The notes under the pieces are model-generated. The model was not told the origin of the DNA. It searched no databases and saw nothing but the letters and a program-made list of their open reading frames with translations. The translations under genes and the position numbers were made by a program. Of a stretch of DNA of 33,085 bases, positions 25,249 through 33,085 are shown piece after piece; position 1 is the first letter of the stretch, and the number at the start of each line of letters is the position of its first letter. This DNA is from Planctomycetota bacterium (GTDB taxonomy: Bacteria; Planctomycetota; UBA11346): positions 1 through 33,085 of the forward strand of contig JBBQSO010000061.1 of NCBI GenBank assembly GCA_038213805.1, written 5' to 3'.

Positions 25249-26154
25249 TCACTTCTTCTTCTTGTCCAGATTCCGCTCGATCGCGCCTTCAGCCAGCACG
25301 CAGGGCGCGCCGGTCGCGGGCACCTCGACGTGCGCCGTCCACAGGATCGCGTTCACCACCAGGCGGCGGAAGTCGTCGTTGGCCCAGTTGGTGTGGGTGT
25401 GCGCGCCGGTGAAGCCGAAGGCGCGGCCGTTGTGCTCGCGCTCGTAGGCCCAGGCCGTGATCTCGGGGCGGCCGGGGTGGCTCTTGGCGTCGGCGGTGCC
25501 GCGCGTCGCGTCGGGCGGGGTGGCGGTGAGGATCGGGGTCAGGCCCTTGGTGGCCTCCGGGGTGCCGCCCTTCCAGCGCATGTTGTAGTACCACTCGTCG
25601 GCGATGGCGAAGGGCTTGACGCCGCGCGTGACCGGGTGCTCGGGCAGGGCGGTGAAGTCGGCCTTCCAGTGCGGGTTGATCGAGATCTCGGCGTCATAGA
25701 AGCCGCCCATCCAGTCGATCACGGTGGCGCCGTCCTGCTTGGTGTAGTCGACCGCGTAATGCAGGTTGACCCAGCCCACGCCCGCATCGATCAGCGGCTT
25801 GAGCAGGTCAAGGTGCTTGCCGACCGGGTGGCCGTTGCGCCCATCCATGTAGAACACCACGGCCTTGGCGCCGGTGAAGATCTTCTCGTCCTTGGGCCAG
25901 CCGTCGTGGGCCATCACCGGGAACACCCCCGGGGTCTGCTTGAGCATGTCCATGAGCAGCGCGCTGCCGGCGAAGAACTCGTGCTCGCCCGGGCCGTGGC
26001 TGGCGTGGCCGGCGACCACCACGATCTTGGTCAGGCTGGCGTCGTGGGTGTCGACCTCGAGCGGGACCTGCGACTGGTCGTAGGGGTCGACCGCCCCGTG
26101 CGCCGCGGCGCAGGTGATGAGGGCGAGGACGGCGGCGCGCAGCAGGGAGGTCAT
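25249..26154 (-). CDS. secreted ThuA (trehalose-utilisation, class I glutamine amidotransferase-like) domain protein
   Basis: Signal peptide; G..SHGPGEHE, LHYA, HPVTRGV..F...DEWY, GRAFGFTG.H...W...FRRLVVNAILW. Confidence 0.85.
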   Translation of the reverse strand: MTSLLRAAVLALITCAAAHGAVDPYDQSQVPLEVDTHDASLTKIVVVAGHASHGPGEHEFFAGSALLMDMLKQTPGVFPVMAHDGWPKDEKIFTGAKAVVFYMDGRNGHPVGKHLDLLKPLIDAGVGWVNLHYAVDYTKQDGATVIDWMGGFYDAEISINPHWKADFTALPEHPVTRGVKPFAIADEWYYNMRWKGGTPEATKGLTPILTATPPDATRGTADAKSHPGRPEITAWAYEREHNGRAFGFTGAHTHTNWANDDFRRLVVNAILWTAHVEVPATGAPCVLAEGAIERNLDKKKK

Positions 26155-26247
26155 GGCGATTCCTTCGCGGGACGGGTGGTGCCGGTACTACGCCGCGCCC
26201 CGCCATGGCGTTGCCTGGCGGCGGCGGCGCAGGCCGGCCGGAGGGGG

Positions 26248-27492
26248 TCAGGGAGCGGGCAGGTCGGCTGGCGCCTTGAACACCGCCGGACGGTGCAGGA
26301 CGGTACCGCTCTTCAATGGTTCGTCGACGAAGCCGCCAGTGGCGAGGTAGAAGCGTCCGTCGACCACGCCGGCAGCGCGGTCGCGGCGGTCGGCCTCGCC
26401 GGTCTGGTCGTGCGAGAACTGCGCGGCGAGCAGTTCGGTCCAGCCGGCTCCGGTGCGCAGCCACTGGTTGCCGAACTCTGCGCAGCGGCGCTGGTCGCCG
26501 TTGGCGCCGGTGAAGTTCTCGGCGAAGGAGTACAGCCCGCGCAGGCCGCCGCCGTCGCGCGGCGCGCGGAAGGTCGCGATGAGGCCCCACGCCTTGCGCT
26601 CCGGGAACCAGAACCAGCCGCTGTAGTCGGTGTGGGTCCCGTCGGGCTTGGCGGTGACCAGGAAGCGGTACGTGGTGCCGGCGGACCACGGGTAGACGAG
26701 GTGGCTGTGCGCGCCAGTGCCCTCGTTGCCGAAGTCGCCGGCCACCACGCCCTCGCCCTTGGCGACCAGGGCGACGCGGTCCACCACGTCGACCTTGGCG
26801 CGGTCGGCGGCCTCGTGGCCGCTGTCCCAGACCGAGAAGATCACCCGCCGCTCGGTGTCGCTGTTGACCTGGATGCCGAAGTAGCCGCGTTGGAAGCCGC
26901 AGGCCATGTAGTAGGTCCAGCGCGGTTCGGCGCGCACGGTGACCTCGTTGTAGAACGCGGTCCCCTGCACGTCCTTGTCGAGCGGATAGCTGAGGTGCAC
27001 GGAGGCGGCGTTGCGGCGCGGCTTGAGATTGAACTGCGCAGCGACGGCTGCGTCGCCGGACAGGGTCAGGGCGGCGATGGTGCCGTAGTCCTGACCGCTG
27101 CGCGCGGTGCCCTCCAGGACCAGGTCGTGGTAGCCGAGCGTCACCAGGTCGAAGGGCGGGAAGGTGACGGTCACCGGGCGGTCGCCGGCGCCGGTGAAGG
27201 ACGCGCTGCGCTCCTGGCCGGCGAGGCGCAGCCGCACGGTGGCGGTGCGTCCGGTCGCCAAAGTCGCCTCGACGCTCGCCTGGAGCTGTCCGCTGTTCGC
27301 AAACCAGCCGTGCCAGACGAGTTGCTCGCGCCCATCGCTCCACCCCTCGGCGCCCTGCGGGGAGCGGATGGTCAGGGTGTCGGGATCGGGGTGGGCGTAG
27401 GCGGTCCAGCCCGGCAGGCGCAGACCATCCTCGGCCGGAGCCGCCAGGACGGCCGCGAACACCGCGAGGGCGAGCAGACGGGCGCGGGCCAT
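26248..27492 (-). CDS. secreted DUF3472/DUF5077-type protein
   Basis: Signal peptide MARARLLALAVFAA; RRNAASVHL.Y, FYNEV, YYMACGF.RGYFGIQVNS..ERRVIFSVWD, LYSFAENF recalled as the DUF3472 pattern. Confidence 0.78.
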   Translation of the reverse strand: MARARLLALAVFAAVLAAPAEDGLRLPGWTAYAHPDPDTLTIRSPQGAEGWSDGREQLVWHGWFANSGQLQASVEATLATGRTATVRLRLAGQERSASFTGAGDRPVTVTFPPFDLVTLGYHDLVLEGTARSGQDYGTIAALTLSGDAAVAAQFNLKPRRNAASVHLSYPLDKDVQGTAFYNEVTVRAEPRWTYYMACGFQRGYFGIQVNSDTERRVIFSVWDSGHEAADRAKVDVVDRVALVAKGEGVVAGDFGNEGTGAHSHLVYPWSAGTTYRFLVTAKPDGTHTDYSGWFWFPERKAWGLIATFRAPRDGGGLRGLYSFAENFTGANGDQRRCAEFGNQWLRTGAGWTELLAAQFSHDQTGEADRRDRAAGVVDGRFYLATGGFVDEPLKSGTVLHRPAVFKAPADLPAP

Positions 27493-27680
27493 GGTAAATG
27501 TCCTGGGGGTACCGAGGCTGGGGTGCCGTTCCACCCACACGCTCTTAGTCCGTGCGCGCGCTTCGGCAACGCCCGGCCGCGGTCGCGCGTATGTGACTGG
27601 GCAATCGCACGCGCAGTGAGTGCTGGCATCCGGTGCCGTCCCGCGACCCTACATCACCGCGCGCCCCCCAGGAGCCCTTC

Positions 27681-28394
27681 ATGAAGATCCTCGCCCTCCT
27701 CGCCCTCCTTGCTCTCGGGCAGCCGTTCCTGGGTGCCGCTGACGCCGGTGCCGCCCCCGCTGTGGCTGGTGCGCAGGCCGAGGCAGCGCACCAGCCTGCG
27801 GGTCCCGAGCGCTGGGAGAAGGAGATCAAAGCCTTCGAGGCGGCGGACGCCAAGAGCCTTCCCGCGCCCGGTGGCAACGTCTTCGTCGGCAGCTCAAGCA
27901 TCGTGAAGTGGCAGACCCTGCTCCAGGACTTCGCGCCGGCGCCGGTCATCAAGCGCGGCTTCGGCGGCTCGCAGATCTCCGACTCGCTGTTCTACGCCGA
28001 GCGCATCATCCTGCCCTACAAGCCCAAGCGCGTGTTCGTCTACGCCGGCGACAATGACCTGGCCGCGAAGCGCACGCCCGCCCAGGTGGCCGGGGACTTC
28101 GCGGGCATCACCGCCAAGGTCCACGCGGCGCTGCCGGCGGCCCGCATCTACTTCATCGCCATCAAGCCGAGCCCGGCGCGCGTCAAGCTGATGCCCGAGA
28201 TCACCCAGACCAACGCCCTGGTGAAGGCCTTCACCGCCACGCACCCGGAAGCGGGCCTGATCGACATCTGCACGCCCATGCTCAGCGCCGAGGGGCAGCC
28301 GCGCCCCGAACTCTTCGGTGACGACAAATTGCACATGAACGAGATGGGCTACGCGATCTGGGTCGGGATCATCAAGCCGCTGCTTGCCGACTGA
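27681..28394 (+). CDS. secreted SGNH/GDSL-family hydrolase
   Basis: Signal peptide; FVGSSS, RGFGGS, YAGDND, D.LH blocks; GGAG RBS. Confidence 0.9.
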   Translation: MKILALLALLALGQPFLGAADAGAAPAVAGAQAEAAHQPAGPERWEKEIKAFEAADAKSLPAPGGNVFVGSSSIVKWQTLLQDFAPAPVIKRGFGGSQISDSLFYAERIILPYKPKRVFVYAGDNDLAAKRTPAQVAGDFAGITAKVHAALPAARIYFIAIKPSPARVKLMPEITQTNALVKAFTATHPEAGLIDICTPMLSAEGQPRPELFGDDKLHMNEMGYAIWVGIIKPLLAD

Positions 28395-28452
28395 GTCCGG
28401 CGCGGGCGGCAGCGCATTTCCTCGTACCCGGCGACATCCTTCGGAACGCACC

Positions 28453-29322
28453 ATGAATCCACGCATCCTGCTCGCCATCGCCCTCCTGGCATCGTCCCTC
28501 TCCGGCATGCTCCAGGCCGCGGATCCGGTGCGCGACGACCACGCGGCGGAGCAGCTCGGCTGGCACCTTGCGACCAAGTGTTACACGTTCAATAAGCTCA
28601 CCCTGGTCGAGACCCTGGTCATCACCAGACGCCTGGGTCTGCGCTACATCGAGATCAACCCCGGTCAGCGCTTCAGCGCCGAGCAGCCGGTGAACACCGA
28701 CCACAAGTCGACCTCCGAAGTGCGCGCGGCGATCACGCAGAAGCTCGCCGAGTACGGCGTCACCGCGCTCGGTTACGGCGTGGTCCAGCTCGGCAAAGAC
28801 GCGGTCGCCGACCGCGCGGTCTTCCAGTACGCGAAGGACCTGGGCATTGGCGTGCTGGTCTCGGAGCCAGGCGCGGACGCGTTCGCGACGCTCGACACGC
28901 TGACCGCCGAATTCGGCATCAAGGTCGCGATCCACGATCACCCCAAGCCGTCGCCCTACTGGAATCCGGAGGCCGTGCTGGCCGCCATCATGGGCCACAG
29001 CGCGGCGATCGGCGCGTGCGCCGACACCGGCCACTGGGCGCGTTCCGGGCTCGACCCCGTCGCCTGCCTGAAGCAGCTCGATGGCCACATAATCAGCGCG
29101 CACTTCAAGGACACCGACAAGATCGGCCAGGGCGCGCGCGACGTGCCGCTCGGCACCGGCAAGGCCGGACTCGCGGCGATGCTCGGTGAACTCAAGCGGC
29201 AGGGCTTCAAAGGCCTGCTGTCTCTGGAGTACGAATCGGGCGCGAGCGGAGAGGCGCTCATCGCCGAGTTGCAGCAGTGCATCGCCAACTTCGACAAGGC
29301 GGCAGGCGATCTCGCGAAGTGA
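28453..29322 (+). CDS. secreted sugar phosphate isomerase/epimerase (xylose-isomerase-like TIM barrel) family protein
   Basis: Signal peptide; AIHDH, DTGHW.RSG.DP, HFKD, DVPLGTG, SLEYE. Confidence 0.88.
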   Translation: MNPRILLAIALLASSLSGMLQAADPVRDDHAAEQLGWHLATKCYTFNKLTLVETLVITRRLGLRYIEINPGQRFSAEQPVNTDHKSTSEVRAAITQKLAEYGVTALGYGVVQLGKDAVADRAVFQYAKDLGIGVLVSEPGADAFATLDTLTAEFGIKVAIHDHPKPSPYWNPEAVLAAIMGHSAAIGACADTGHWARSGLDPVACLKQLDGHIISAHFKDTDKIGQGARDVPLGTGKAGLAAMLGELKRQGFKGLLSLEYESGASGEALIAELQQCIANFDKAAGDLAK

Positions 29323-29323
29323 C

Positions 29324-30544
29324 TCAGGCCTCGGCCGCCTGCGTGGCTGGTGCGGCGGTGCCATCGGGCGCGTGCTCGAGCCGGCGCACCAGGATCAGCG
29401 CGAGCAGCGCAGCCGCGCACGACATCCAGCCGAGCGTACCGTAGTGCTGCAGGGGCGCCTGCGCACCGGTCGGCCCGATGACCAGGCCGGCGACCACCAC
29501 TGCGGCGCCGCTCGCGGCCGCTTGGATGGCGCTGTTCAGGCTCATGAAGGTGCCGCGCAGCTGCGGCGGGACGGTCGCGCTGATCAACGCCATCGCCGGC
29601 ACGAAGCGGCCGCTGCCGCAGACGATGAAAGCCGTGGTGACCGCCAGGATCGCCGGCAGCGTCAGCGGCGGCAGGTGGGTCAGCGCCAGGGTCGGCCCCA
29701 TGGCGATCACCGCCACGATGGTGAAGACGCGGTGCTTGCCATAGCGGTCGGCGAGGCGGCCGATGAGCGGCGAGGTGATGAGGGCCAGCGCGCCGCCGCA
29801 CAGGTAGACGAAACCGAGCTCGGTGTCGCTCACCCCCAGGTTGCGCGCCAGGTAGATGGCGATGAAGGGGATGACCAGGAAGCCGGCGCAGACCACCGAC
29901 GCGGTGAAGGCGAAGGCTAGCCAGGCGCGTGGGGCGCGCAGCACCGCCACCACCGCGGCCTGCGCTGGACGGCGTTCCGCCACGAGGTGGCCGGTGAGGC
30001 GGGTCATGGTCAGCGCGACGGCGGCCAGGGTCGCCGTCGCGACGGCGGCGATGGTGAAGAAGGTGGCGTGCCAGCCCATCCAGCCCGCGATCCACACCCC
30101 AAACGGTACGCCCACCACCGATGCCAGCGCGAATGCCGACATCACCACGCCCATGGCCGCACCGCGGCGAGCGTAGGGCACCACGTCTGCGATGATCGCC
30201 ATGATCAGGGCGCCGAGCAGTCCGCCGAAGGCGCCCGCCGCGCATCGTGCCAGCACCAGTACCGGGAAGTCCGGCGCCAGGGCGCAGGCGATGGTCGCGA
30301 TGATGAAGCCGACGTAGACCGCTATCAGGGCACGCTTGCGCTCGAAGCGGTCGATGAGAAAGGCGCCCAGCACCGCCGCCACCGCCGAGCTGAAGGTGTA
30401 GGCCGATACCGCCACCGCGAACTGGCTCGGCGCGATCGCGAAGGCCTTGGTCAGCTGCGGACCGAGCGGCATCATGACCACGAAATCGCACATCTGCGTG
30501 AAGTTGATGGCGGTGAGCAGGGCGATCAGCAGACGTTCGTTCAT
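29324..30544 (-). CDS. MFS transporter (DHA1-like)
   Basis: About 12 TM helices; DRFERK and GRLADRYGK motif-A repeats; DF.VMMPLGP; start MNERLL at 30544. Confidence 0.92.
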   Translation of the reverse strand: MNERLLIALLTAINFTQMCDFVVMMPLGPQLTKAFAIAPSQFAVAVSAYTFSSAVAAVLGAFLIDRFERKRALIAVYVGFIIATIACALAPDFPVLVLARCAAGAFGGLLGALIMAIIADVVPYARRGAAMGVVMSAFALASVVGVPFGVWIAGWMGWHATFFTIAAVATATLAAVALTMTRLTGHLVAERRPAQAAVVAVLRAPRAWLAFAFTASVVCAGFLVIPFIAIYLARNLGVSDTELGFVYLCGGALALITSPLIGRLADRYGKHRVFTIVAVIAMGPTLALTHLPPLTLPAILAVTTAFIVCGSGRFVPAMALISATVPPQLRGTFMSLNSAIQAAASGAAVVVAGLVIGPTGAQAPLQHYGTLGWMSCAAALLALILVRRLEHAPDGTAAPATQAAEA

Positions 30545-30842
30545 GAGGCCCTTCGCGAGACGGCCCGTTGCCAGTCCGGCCGCCGACGGGAAGTTGGATG
30601 TTGGCGTAAGGACCGGACTGGCCAGTGCGGAGGTCGCCAGGCGTGAACGGGGATGACGGAAGGCAGGAGGGGGGACGACAGGATGCAGGGATGGCACGAG
30701 CGGGATCATGCGCGAGACCTGGCGAATGGGCGGCGTGCCGCGAGACCCGCATCTTGCGAGGTGTTCGATCACCCACGGTCTCGGAGGCGACCCAAGCGCA
30801 CCGCCCCGTCGTCCCTCGCAGCGACTGCCGCGAAGCTGCCTC

Positions 30843-30886
30843 TTGACACGACCCAATTAGTAAACTAATGATAACATATACAGGAG
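30843..30886 (+). promoter_or_regulatory. AT-rich promoter with palindromic operator ATTAGT-AA-ACTAAT and RBS
   Basis: TTGACA 30843-30848; perfect inverted repeat 30856-30869; TG-A-TAACAT 30869-30877; AGGAG 30882-30886. Confidence 0.7.
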
Positions 30887-30892
30887 CTCGAG

Positions 30893-31582
30893 ATGACCAC
30901 CATCGCCCCAGCCACGCCCGTTCTGCCCCACGGCGACGGCGCCCGCCCCGTCAAACGCCTCCCGCTGTGGCTCAAGCTGGCCTACACCGCTTTCCTGGCG
31001 GTGCTGGTTCCGGTCTACTGGTACAACTACGGTCCGACCAATTTCCTTTACTTCTGCGACGTTGCCTTGCTCGTGACCCTGGTCGGTATGTGGCGTGAGT
31101 CGGCGCTGCTCATCTCCATGGCGGCGGTCGGCATCCTGCTGCCACAGCTGGTGTGGGTAGTGGACTTCCTCGCCGGACTGGTCGGCATCACCGTGACCGG
31201 CATGACCACGTACATGTTCAACGCCGAGCGCCCGCTGTTTCTGCGCGGTTTGTCGCTCTTCCATGGTTGGCTGCCGCTGCTGCTGATCGGCCTGGTGTGG
31301 CGTCTTGGGTACGACCGCCGCGCCTTCTGGAGCTGGACCATCCTGGCATGGATCCTGATGGTGGTCTGCCTGACCGCGATGCCCGGCCCGCGTGCGGATG
31401 CGGCCAAGATCGACACGCCGGTCAACATCAACTACATGCACGGCCTGAGCGACACCCAGGCGCAGGCCTGGATGCCGGGCTGGGCGTGGACGGCGCTGAT
31501 GCTGGCAGGCATGCCGCTGCTGATCTTCCTGCCCACGCACCTGGTGCTGCGCCGCGTCTGCCGCCCGGCGGCACAGATCTGA
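30893..31582 (+). CDS. integral membrane protein of unknown function
   Basis: About 6-7 TM helices; NFLYFCD, LSLFH, NINY motifs; strong RBS. Confidence 0.85.
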   Translation: MTTIAPATPVLPHGDGARPVKRLPLWLKLAYTAFLAVLVPVYWYNYGPTNFLYFCDVALLVTLVGMWRESALLISMAAVGILLPQLVWVVDFLAGLVGITVTGMTTYMFNAERPLFLRGLSLFHGWLPLLLIGLVWRLGYDRRAFWSWTILAWILMVVCLTAMPGPRADAAKIDTPVNINYMHGLSDTQAQAWMPGWAWTALMLAGMPLLIFLPTHLVLRRVCRPAAQI

Positions 31583-31811
31583 ACTCCGCGCCCCGGGCAG
31601 AAAGCCCTCAGCGGGCGCGCCGGTGTCTTGTATTCCCCTGCACAGGGCCGAGGGTCATCCACGGCGCCCAGCGCGCAGCCGGCGGCAGTCGATCCACCGG
31701 TCGGTGGGACCGGCAGCGAGCAGAGGACGGGTTGCGCGTCCGCCCGCGCCGTCTTCGCGCTGCCGCAGCGTCTTTTTCGCGTGGCTTCCGCTCGGCCCAG
31801 AAGGATTCCGC

Positions 31812-32828
31812 ATGAGCATGCTCGAGGACCGCGACTTCTACCCGTTCATCCAGCCCGGCGACTGGCGGCACCTGGATTCGTGCTATACGCGTCGCCTGCT
31901 GCCCGACAGCGACGAGCTGTACATCGCCTACGGCCAGCCCGGCGATGAGAGCAACGACTTCCTGAACAAGGAGGCCCTCGCGCAGAGCGGGCTGGAGGCC
32001 GACGCGGTGCACGAGCGCGCCGTCACCAACCTCACCAAGCGCCATGGCACGCGCACCTGGACCGAACTCGACATCGGTGGCGTGACCGTGCTCCAGCGCA
32101 CCGGCGATCCATACGTCTCGGCGGACGTGCTCAACAGCAAGGGTCTCGGCAAGCTCCACCATTTTCTACGCAGCGGCGCGGTGTACGTCGCGATCCCAAC
32201 CTGCTTCTCGTTCCTGGCGTGCGCGCACGCCTCGCTGCTGAACGGCATCGTCGCCGGCGTGTATGCGGAAGCCGTCGTCAACCGCACCGGACCGATCACC
32301 CCGCGCCTGCTCGCGGTCGCCAACGGCACCATCACCGGCTTCCACGAGCCTACCCTGCCCGAGCCGGTGACCAGCGACCGCGACGAGGCCGCACGCCACC
32401 TCGGCCACGGCCTGGCTGCAGTCTTCCAGATCGTCACCACGGCGCGTGGCGACGAATTGGTCGGTCCCGACGCCTTCTGGGAGCAGGTGCGCAAGCGCAT
32501 TAAGGTCGAGGACGCGGATTTCTCCGCCACGCTCACCCAGGCGAAAGAGGCCTATAGCGCGCGGCTCGCACCGCCCGCCGAGGGCGAGCCACCCGCCGGC
32601 GGCAAGCCGCTGGTCCTGGCGGACCTGATGGTGGGCGCTGCGCGCGCGCTGCTTGACGAAGCCGGCTACGACGCCTTCGCCGACGGTGTGCTGCGCGCGG
32701 CTATCGCCATCGGCCAGGCCGGCACCGGCTTCTTCGGCCTGGGCCGCAAGATGCCGGACGGTGTGCTCACCGTGGCGCGCGGGCTGGGTGGGGTGCTGGG
32801 TCAGGATACGGCGGGACTGAAGGCGTGA
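31812..32828 (+). CDS. hypothetical two-domain protein (DUF1444-like N-terminus, TerB-like helical C-terminus)
   Basis: LYIAY..P.....FL....L...GL....VHERAV.NL resembles DUF1444/YtpQ; IGQAGTGFFGLGRK resembles the TerB-like A.GGF.G.G motif; AAGGA RBS before ATG 31812. Confidence 0.65.
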   Translation: MSMLEDRDFYPFIQPGDWRHLDSCYTRRLLPDSDELYIAYGQPGDESNDFLNKEALAQSGLEADAVHERAVTNLTKRHGTRTWTELDIGGVTVLQRTGDPYVSADVLNSKGLGKLHHFLRSGAVYVAIPTCFSFLACAHASLLNGIVAGVYAEAVVNRTGPITPRLLAVANGTITGFHEPTLPEPVTSDRDEAARHLGHGLAAVFQIVTTARGDELVGPDAFWEQVRKRIKVEDADFSATLTQAKEAYSARLAPPAEGEPPAGGKPLVLADLMVGAARALLDEAGYDAFADGVLRAAIAIGQAGTGFFGLGRKMPDGVLTVARGLGGVLGQDTAGLKA

Positions 32829-32843
32829 TGAGGCTGGGAGCTT

Positions 32844-33085
32844 CTGATAGTTGATAGCTGATAGCTGATGGCTCCTTGTCCTATGCACTGGCCGGTGCGC
32901 AGCGCATGGCCAACCTTCCGGCATAGCCGAGGCCGGTGCGTTCCGCGCCGGCCTCAGCCATCAGCCATCAGCCATCAGCCATCAGCCATCAGCCATCAGC
33001 CATCAGCCATCAGCCATCAGCCATCAGCCATCAGCCATCAGCCATCAGCCATCAGCCATCAGCCATCAGCCATCAGCCATCAGCC
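32844..33085. repeat. inverted heptamer pair (YTGATRG)x4 .. hairpins .. (TCAGCCA)x>=18.9 running off the window end
   Basis: Left arm 32844-32873; hairpins at 32889-32912 and 32929-32955; perfect array 32954-33085. Confidence 0.95.

Noticed and set aside
25047..27684. ORFs containing SAISHQP repeats (25047..25412, 25099..27684)
   Set aside because: They are translations of the heptamer array and antisense shadows of the ThuA and DUF3472 genes.
30545..30856. 103-aa N-terminal extension of the MFS ORF
   Set aside because: Pro/Arg-rich non-membrane sequence overlapping the divergent promoter; the MFS fold begins at MNERLL (30544).

Overview
A high-GC bacterial chromosomal segment, probably from a Planctomycetota/PVC-type organism. 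That assignment is inferred from gene content, the multidomain Ser/Thr kinases and the C-rich, SD-poor translation starts. The left two thirds is central metabolism: M48 peptidase, tyrA, tpiA, secG, a complete E1alpha/E1beta-type pyruvate dehydrogenase cluster (pdhA-pdhB-pdhC-lpdA) with a lipoate-ligase-family gene, trxB, two translationally coupled zinc-ribbon membrane Ser/Thr kinases, a CYTH protein, and accA followed after 1 bp by a C-terminally truncated PII gene. The right third holds small secreted proteins, secreted hydrolase/isomerase-fold proteins, an MFS transporter and hypothetical genes. No rRNA, tRNA, transposase, integrase or CRISPR array was recognised. The most unusual signal is non-coding. 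At least six intergenic regions carry the same architecture: a 7- or 8-bp tandem repeat, then about 65-110 bp of unique DNA, then the reverse complement of the same repeat, always in the same polarity ((GGAAGTCC)n..(GGACTTCC)n or (GGCTGAY)n..(RTCAGCC)n). One heptamer tract sits in frame inside pdhC, and another runs perfectly off the window end.
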